From: Octopus sinensis
Taxonomy: Eukaryota
Length of the DNA stretch: 64,000 bases
Direction of reading: 5' to 3'
Assembly (NCBI RefSeq): GCF_006345805.1
Contig: NC_042999.1
Span: 45,260,001 to 45,324,000 of the forward strand
Shown here one piece after another: positions 61,765-64,000 of this stretch. A program made the translations under genes and the position numbers. The notes below the pieces were generated by a model, which did no database searches, had not been told where the DNA came from, and was given only the letters and a program-made list of their open reading frames with translations. How positions within the stretch are numbered: position 1 is the stretch's first letter; each line of letters opens with the position of its first letter.

Positions 61765-62155
61765 ATACATACATTATTATGGCTGCCCCCTCATTATCGA
61801 ATACGGCCATTGCATGAAGCTTAACTGTTACTGGTGCTGTGATCGAATGTGACTTTTTAGCCCAGCTAAAGATCTACAATGTCTTGTACAAAATTGGCAA
61901 CTAAAACCTTTACCGGTAATAGCCGGCTGTAGATGTAACTGGGCTTCATGTACCTTTGCATGTCATTTAAGTCCTCCTGCCGAATTACACTCTCTTCCAC
62001 ATGCCCAACAGATATGATTAGTATGGTGTGTTACACCACCACCAGTGGCCAGGTTGTCACCCATCTGTCTCGCTTTATGACTACAAAGATGACTCTTGAG
62101 TCCAGCTTTACTGAGGCAGGGTCTTGCACAGATATTGCATGTCAGCATCAAAGGA
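61765..62155 (-). mobile_element. LINE 3' end with two C2H2-like fingers (RTE-like)
   Basis: LTCNICARPCLSKAGLKSHLCSH...HICWACGRECNSAGGLK. Confidence 0.6.
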
Positions 62156-63054
62156 AGACATACATACATACATACATACATACAACATACATACATACAT
62201 ACATACATACATACATACATACATACATACATACATACATACATACATACATAAATACATACATACATACAAACAAACAAAAATACCCTGTTGTTGATGT
62301 TGAAATTCCAATGAAGGAGCCTTGGATCTCAGTTAGAAACCCATTCCTTCTCTATTGGTAAGAAATCTTGAAATAAACTGAATAATAACATACATGAATA
62401 TATAAATATATATCTCAATGAATGAAATTAATACTGACTTCGTCAAGTAGGAAACTAAGATGACAAGACAATACAGAGATAAATCATCAGAAGGCACTCC
62501 ATTTGTCAACTTTTAACTAAGAATGATAGAAGTTACTCTTACTTTCTCTGCTGAATTACCATTATGAGAGTCTACCACTAACAAATACAGAAGAAACTAG
62601 AAAGAAAATGATTATATAGAAATTGTCAGAAGATTAAGAAATAAGTTTCATTTTCATTAAAATATATCCAGCATGGCCTATTTATTTTCTCATTATTGTC
62701 TTTAATTTCTTTTAATTACTTCATACTAAGCTGAGAATTAGTGGAGTCATCTGAGCGTGAGGCAAATGTCTCACACTATTAGTTCTGGCTCACTACACTC
62801 AAAGTTCAGATGTCACTGAGATCAACTTCTCTTTCATTCTTTCATAGTCAATGTTATGTGCCAGTCGAGTGTGGTGGAGTGGCAGAAATGTTAGAGTGTT
62901 GAACAAGGGATGGCTGTAGGGTTATGAAGCTCACTTTGCAACCATGTGGTTTTGGTCCAGTCCCACAGTGTGGAACTTCAAACAAGTGTCTTTTACTATA
63001 ACTATAGGGTAACTAATGCCACGAGAGACTTTGGTAGACAGAAACTGTGTGAAA

Positions 63055-63472
63055 GGTGGCGAGCTGGCAGAAACGTTAGCACGCAGGGCGAAATGCTTAG
63101 CGGTATTTCATCTACTGCTATGTTCTGAGTTCAAATTCTGCTGGGGTCGACTTTGCCTTTCATCCTTTTGGGGTCGATTAAATAAGTACCAGTTACGCAC
63201 TGGGGTCGATATAATCGACTTAATCCATTTGTCTGTCCTTGTTTGTCCTCTCTGTGTTTAGCCCCTTGTGGGTAGTAAAGAAATAGGTATTTCGTCTGCC
63301 GCTATGTTCTGAGTTCAAATTCTACTGTGGTCGACTTATCCTTTCATCCTTTCGGAGGTCGATTAAATATGTACCAGTTATGCACTGGGGTTGATGTAAT
63401 TGACTTAATCCCTTTGTCTGTCCTTGTTTGTTCCCTCTACGTTTAGCCCCTTGTGGGCAGTAAAGAATTAAG
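63055..63472 (+). mobile_element. SINE family B dimer
   Basis: Head GGCGAGCTGGCAGAAACGTTAGC; junction GTAGTAAAGAAATAGGTATTTCGTCTGCCG. Confidence 0.9.
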
Positions 63473-64000
63473 AAACTGTGCGAAAGTCCATTGTCTGTAT
63501 GAATTTATCATCATCATTTATCATCTGTTTGACAGTTTGACAGAAGCTGATCAGCCAGAGAGCTCAACAAATGGAGAACTGCCAAGGCTCCGTTTGTCTG
63601 TTTTGGCATGGTTCTTGACTGGATGCCCTTCCTAATGCCAAACAATTTACAGAGTGTGGTAGGTTCTTTTATGTGGCACCAGCATGAGTGCTTTTGACAT
63701 GGTGCATTACATATTGTCTGCATGCATATATATGTGTGTGTGCGTGTGTATATATATATATATATATATATCACCTGTGCATGCCTTCCTTCTTGTGACA
63801 CTTGTAGGACCTGTTGAGGCAAGTGAAAATCAAATCAAATCAAAATAGATGAACATCAGTGGAATTTGTGTCTTTGTGGTGCCAGTGCCGGTGGCGCACG
63901 GGAAAGCTATCCGAGCGTGGCCGTGGCCAGTGCCGCATCGACTGGCCTCCGTGCTGTGGGCACGTAACAAACACCATCCGATCGTGGACGTTCGCCGGCC

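Overview
Eukaryotic, AT-rich, repeat-saturated window. The SINE families and the dense (TA)n/(CA)n/(CAT)n/(TAGA)n microsatellites look like Octopus (coleoid cephalopod) DNA; this is recognition, not a database result. I cannot support any cellular protein-coding gene, tRNA, rRNA or CRISPR array, and almost all of the supplied ORF track is microsatellite or transposon read-through. The window contains Tc1/mariner remnants, a nearly complete but frameshifted CR1-type LINE ORF2, R4/Dong-like REL-endonuclease LINE fragments, L1/Tx1 and RTE fragments, non-autonomous Helitrons, piggyBac-type MITEs, at least six working SINE families (my labels A-F) and many Penelope-like element (PLE) remnants. The strongest signal is RNA-structural: at least five sequence-divergent type I hammerhead ribozyme motifs (12.7, 14.7, 23.9, 32.5 and 48.7 kb) sit in PLE pseudo-LTRs. 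All have a self-complementary helix III, three have non-canonical cores (CCGANGA, CUGUUGA), two lie in near-perfect fold-backs, and two are preceded by a hairpin conserved in structure but not in sequence. Other highlights are TSD-flanked SINE multimers with fixed junctions, a SINE sharing its 3' tail with the CR1 LINE, microsatellite-specific integration by three retroelement groups, and a microhomology-joined templated insertion at 2.7-3.3 kb.
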